Below are positions 43,869 to 44,369 of a stretch of DNA of 44,369 nt, in pieces. The notes under the pieces are model-generated. The model ran no database searches and was not told the origin of the DNA. It worked only from the letters and a program-made list of their open reading frames with translations. The stretch is from an uncultured Desulfobacteraceae bacterium. GTDB lineage: Bacteria > Desulfobacterota > Desulfobacteria > Desulfobacterales > UBA5852. The stretch lies in the NCBI GenBank assembly GCA_964392545.1, contig CAYMQN010000006.1, positions 1-44,369 on the forward strand. The letters are read 5' to 3'. Numbering within the stretch: position 1 is the stretch's first letter; every line of letters starts with the position of its first letter. The translations under genes and the position numbers were made by a program.

Positions 43869-44043
43869 CTACAAATTTATGTGCTAATGCTCATTAATTC
43901 GCCGGCCGGTGCAACCCGTAGGGCTACCGGCACGTCCCGCGCTCTCGCCGGGTTGCTCCGCCGACACCTCCCCGGGCTGCCCCGGCCGACCGTCGCATCC
44001 TCTTTTGGTTTCGTCGGGATGCAGGACCCATTAGGAGTACGGC

Positions 44044-44369
44044 ATGGGCCATGCCACCATGGGCAAGATTATGTGGGTCGATCTCGGCCGGGGGAGCATT
44101 CGCATCGAATCCGTTCCCGGCCGTATCTATGAAACGGTCTTGTCCGGCGTCGGACTGGCCGCCCACTTCCTCTACGACCGCATCCCCCCCGGGGCCGATC
44201 CCTTGGGACCCGACAACATTCTCGGATTCGTCTCCGGCCTTCTGACCGGTACCGGCAGCCTTTTTACGGGGCGTTGGATGGTTACCGGCAAATCCCCCTT
44301 GACCGGTGGCTGGGGCGATGCCAATTGCGGCGGCAATTTTTCACCGGCCATCAAACGCTGCGGGGTCGA
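44044..44369 (+). CDS. Aldehyde:ferredoxin oxidoreductase (tungsten/molybdopterin AOR family), N-terminal part; continues beyond window
   Basis: Absent from the ORF track because it is open at the window edge. From the ATG at 44044 (AGGAG plus 6 nt) my translation reads MGHATMGKIMWVDLGRGSIRIESVPGRIYETVLSGVGLAAHFLYDRIPPGADPLGPDNILGFVSGLLTGTGSLFTGRWMVTGKSPLTGGWGDANCGGNF. This is the typical AOR N-terminal domain (V.L..G.I, DPL.P.N.L, TGT, KSPLTG). Confidence 0.85.
   Translation, partial: MGHATMGKIMWVDLGRGSIRIESVPGRIYETVLSGVGLAAHFLYDRIPPGADPLGPDNILGFVSGLLTGTGSLFTGRWMVTGKSPLTGGWGDANCGGNFSPAIKRCGV

Noticed and set aside
1-44369. A scan for CRISPR arrays, IS elements or transposases, integrases, prophage genes, toxin-antitoxin pairs, and rRNA or tRNA genes.
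   Set aside because: I saw no direct-repeat/spacer arrays, no terminal inverted repeats flanking transposase-like ORFs, and no recombinase motifs. I saw no rRNA or tRNA signatures. The window reads as core chromosome, with the possible exception of the AT-shifted gene at 39206..40171.

Overview
The window is GC-rich by eye (GC was not computed). It looks like core chromosome of an anaerobic Desulfobacterota-like organism, an inference from gene content only. All calls come from reading the supplied translations and the DNA; no database search was run.

I support about 40 protein-coding genes. I found no rRNA, tRNA, CRISPR array, transposase or integrase.

**Gene content, left to right**
1. 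Histidine-utilisation cluster: hutI, a long-form hutU, the hutC repressor with a perfect palindromic operator, hutH and a fused formiminotransferase-cyclodeaminase. A second stand-alone cyclodeaminase gene runs off the left edge.
2. A B12-binding-like protein, three DMT/EamA transporters and a tRNA-dihydrouridine synthase.
3. Minus-strand envelope cluster: lipoprotein, 1218-aa YhdP/AsmA-like protein, TetR regulator, LysM protein and a membrane protein.
4. A GAF/sigma-54 activator, followed by two FmdB-type zinc-ribbon genes.
5. An unassigned catabolic cluster: SDR, ThDP enzyme, BASS transporter, Zn-dehydrogenase and TetR.
6. Housekeeping genes: an alpha/beta hydrolase, rnd, thrS and a vanZ-like gene.
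7. A cytoplasmic formate dehydrogenase alpha subunit. The ORF track splits it in two at an in-frame UGA selenocysteine codon, which is followed by an fdhF-like SECIS hairpin.
8. Convergent minus-strand operon: metF, NarI-like cytochrome b, a 2x[4Fe-4S] protein, a tetrahaem cytochrome c3 and metV.
9. A yjbQ-like gene with an orphan PD-(D/E)xK-like gene, a Cache-type chemoreceptor, a REC-DUF4388-Roadblock regulator, and the 5' end of an aldehyde:ferredoxin oxidoreductase gene.

**Best candidate for an undescribed system:** the metF operon. A transmembrane redox module is inserted between metF and metV, which suggests a membrane-coupled methylene-THF reductase.

Many very long ORFs in the track are antisense or alternate-frame artefacts of the high GC content, and I rejected them.
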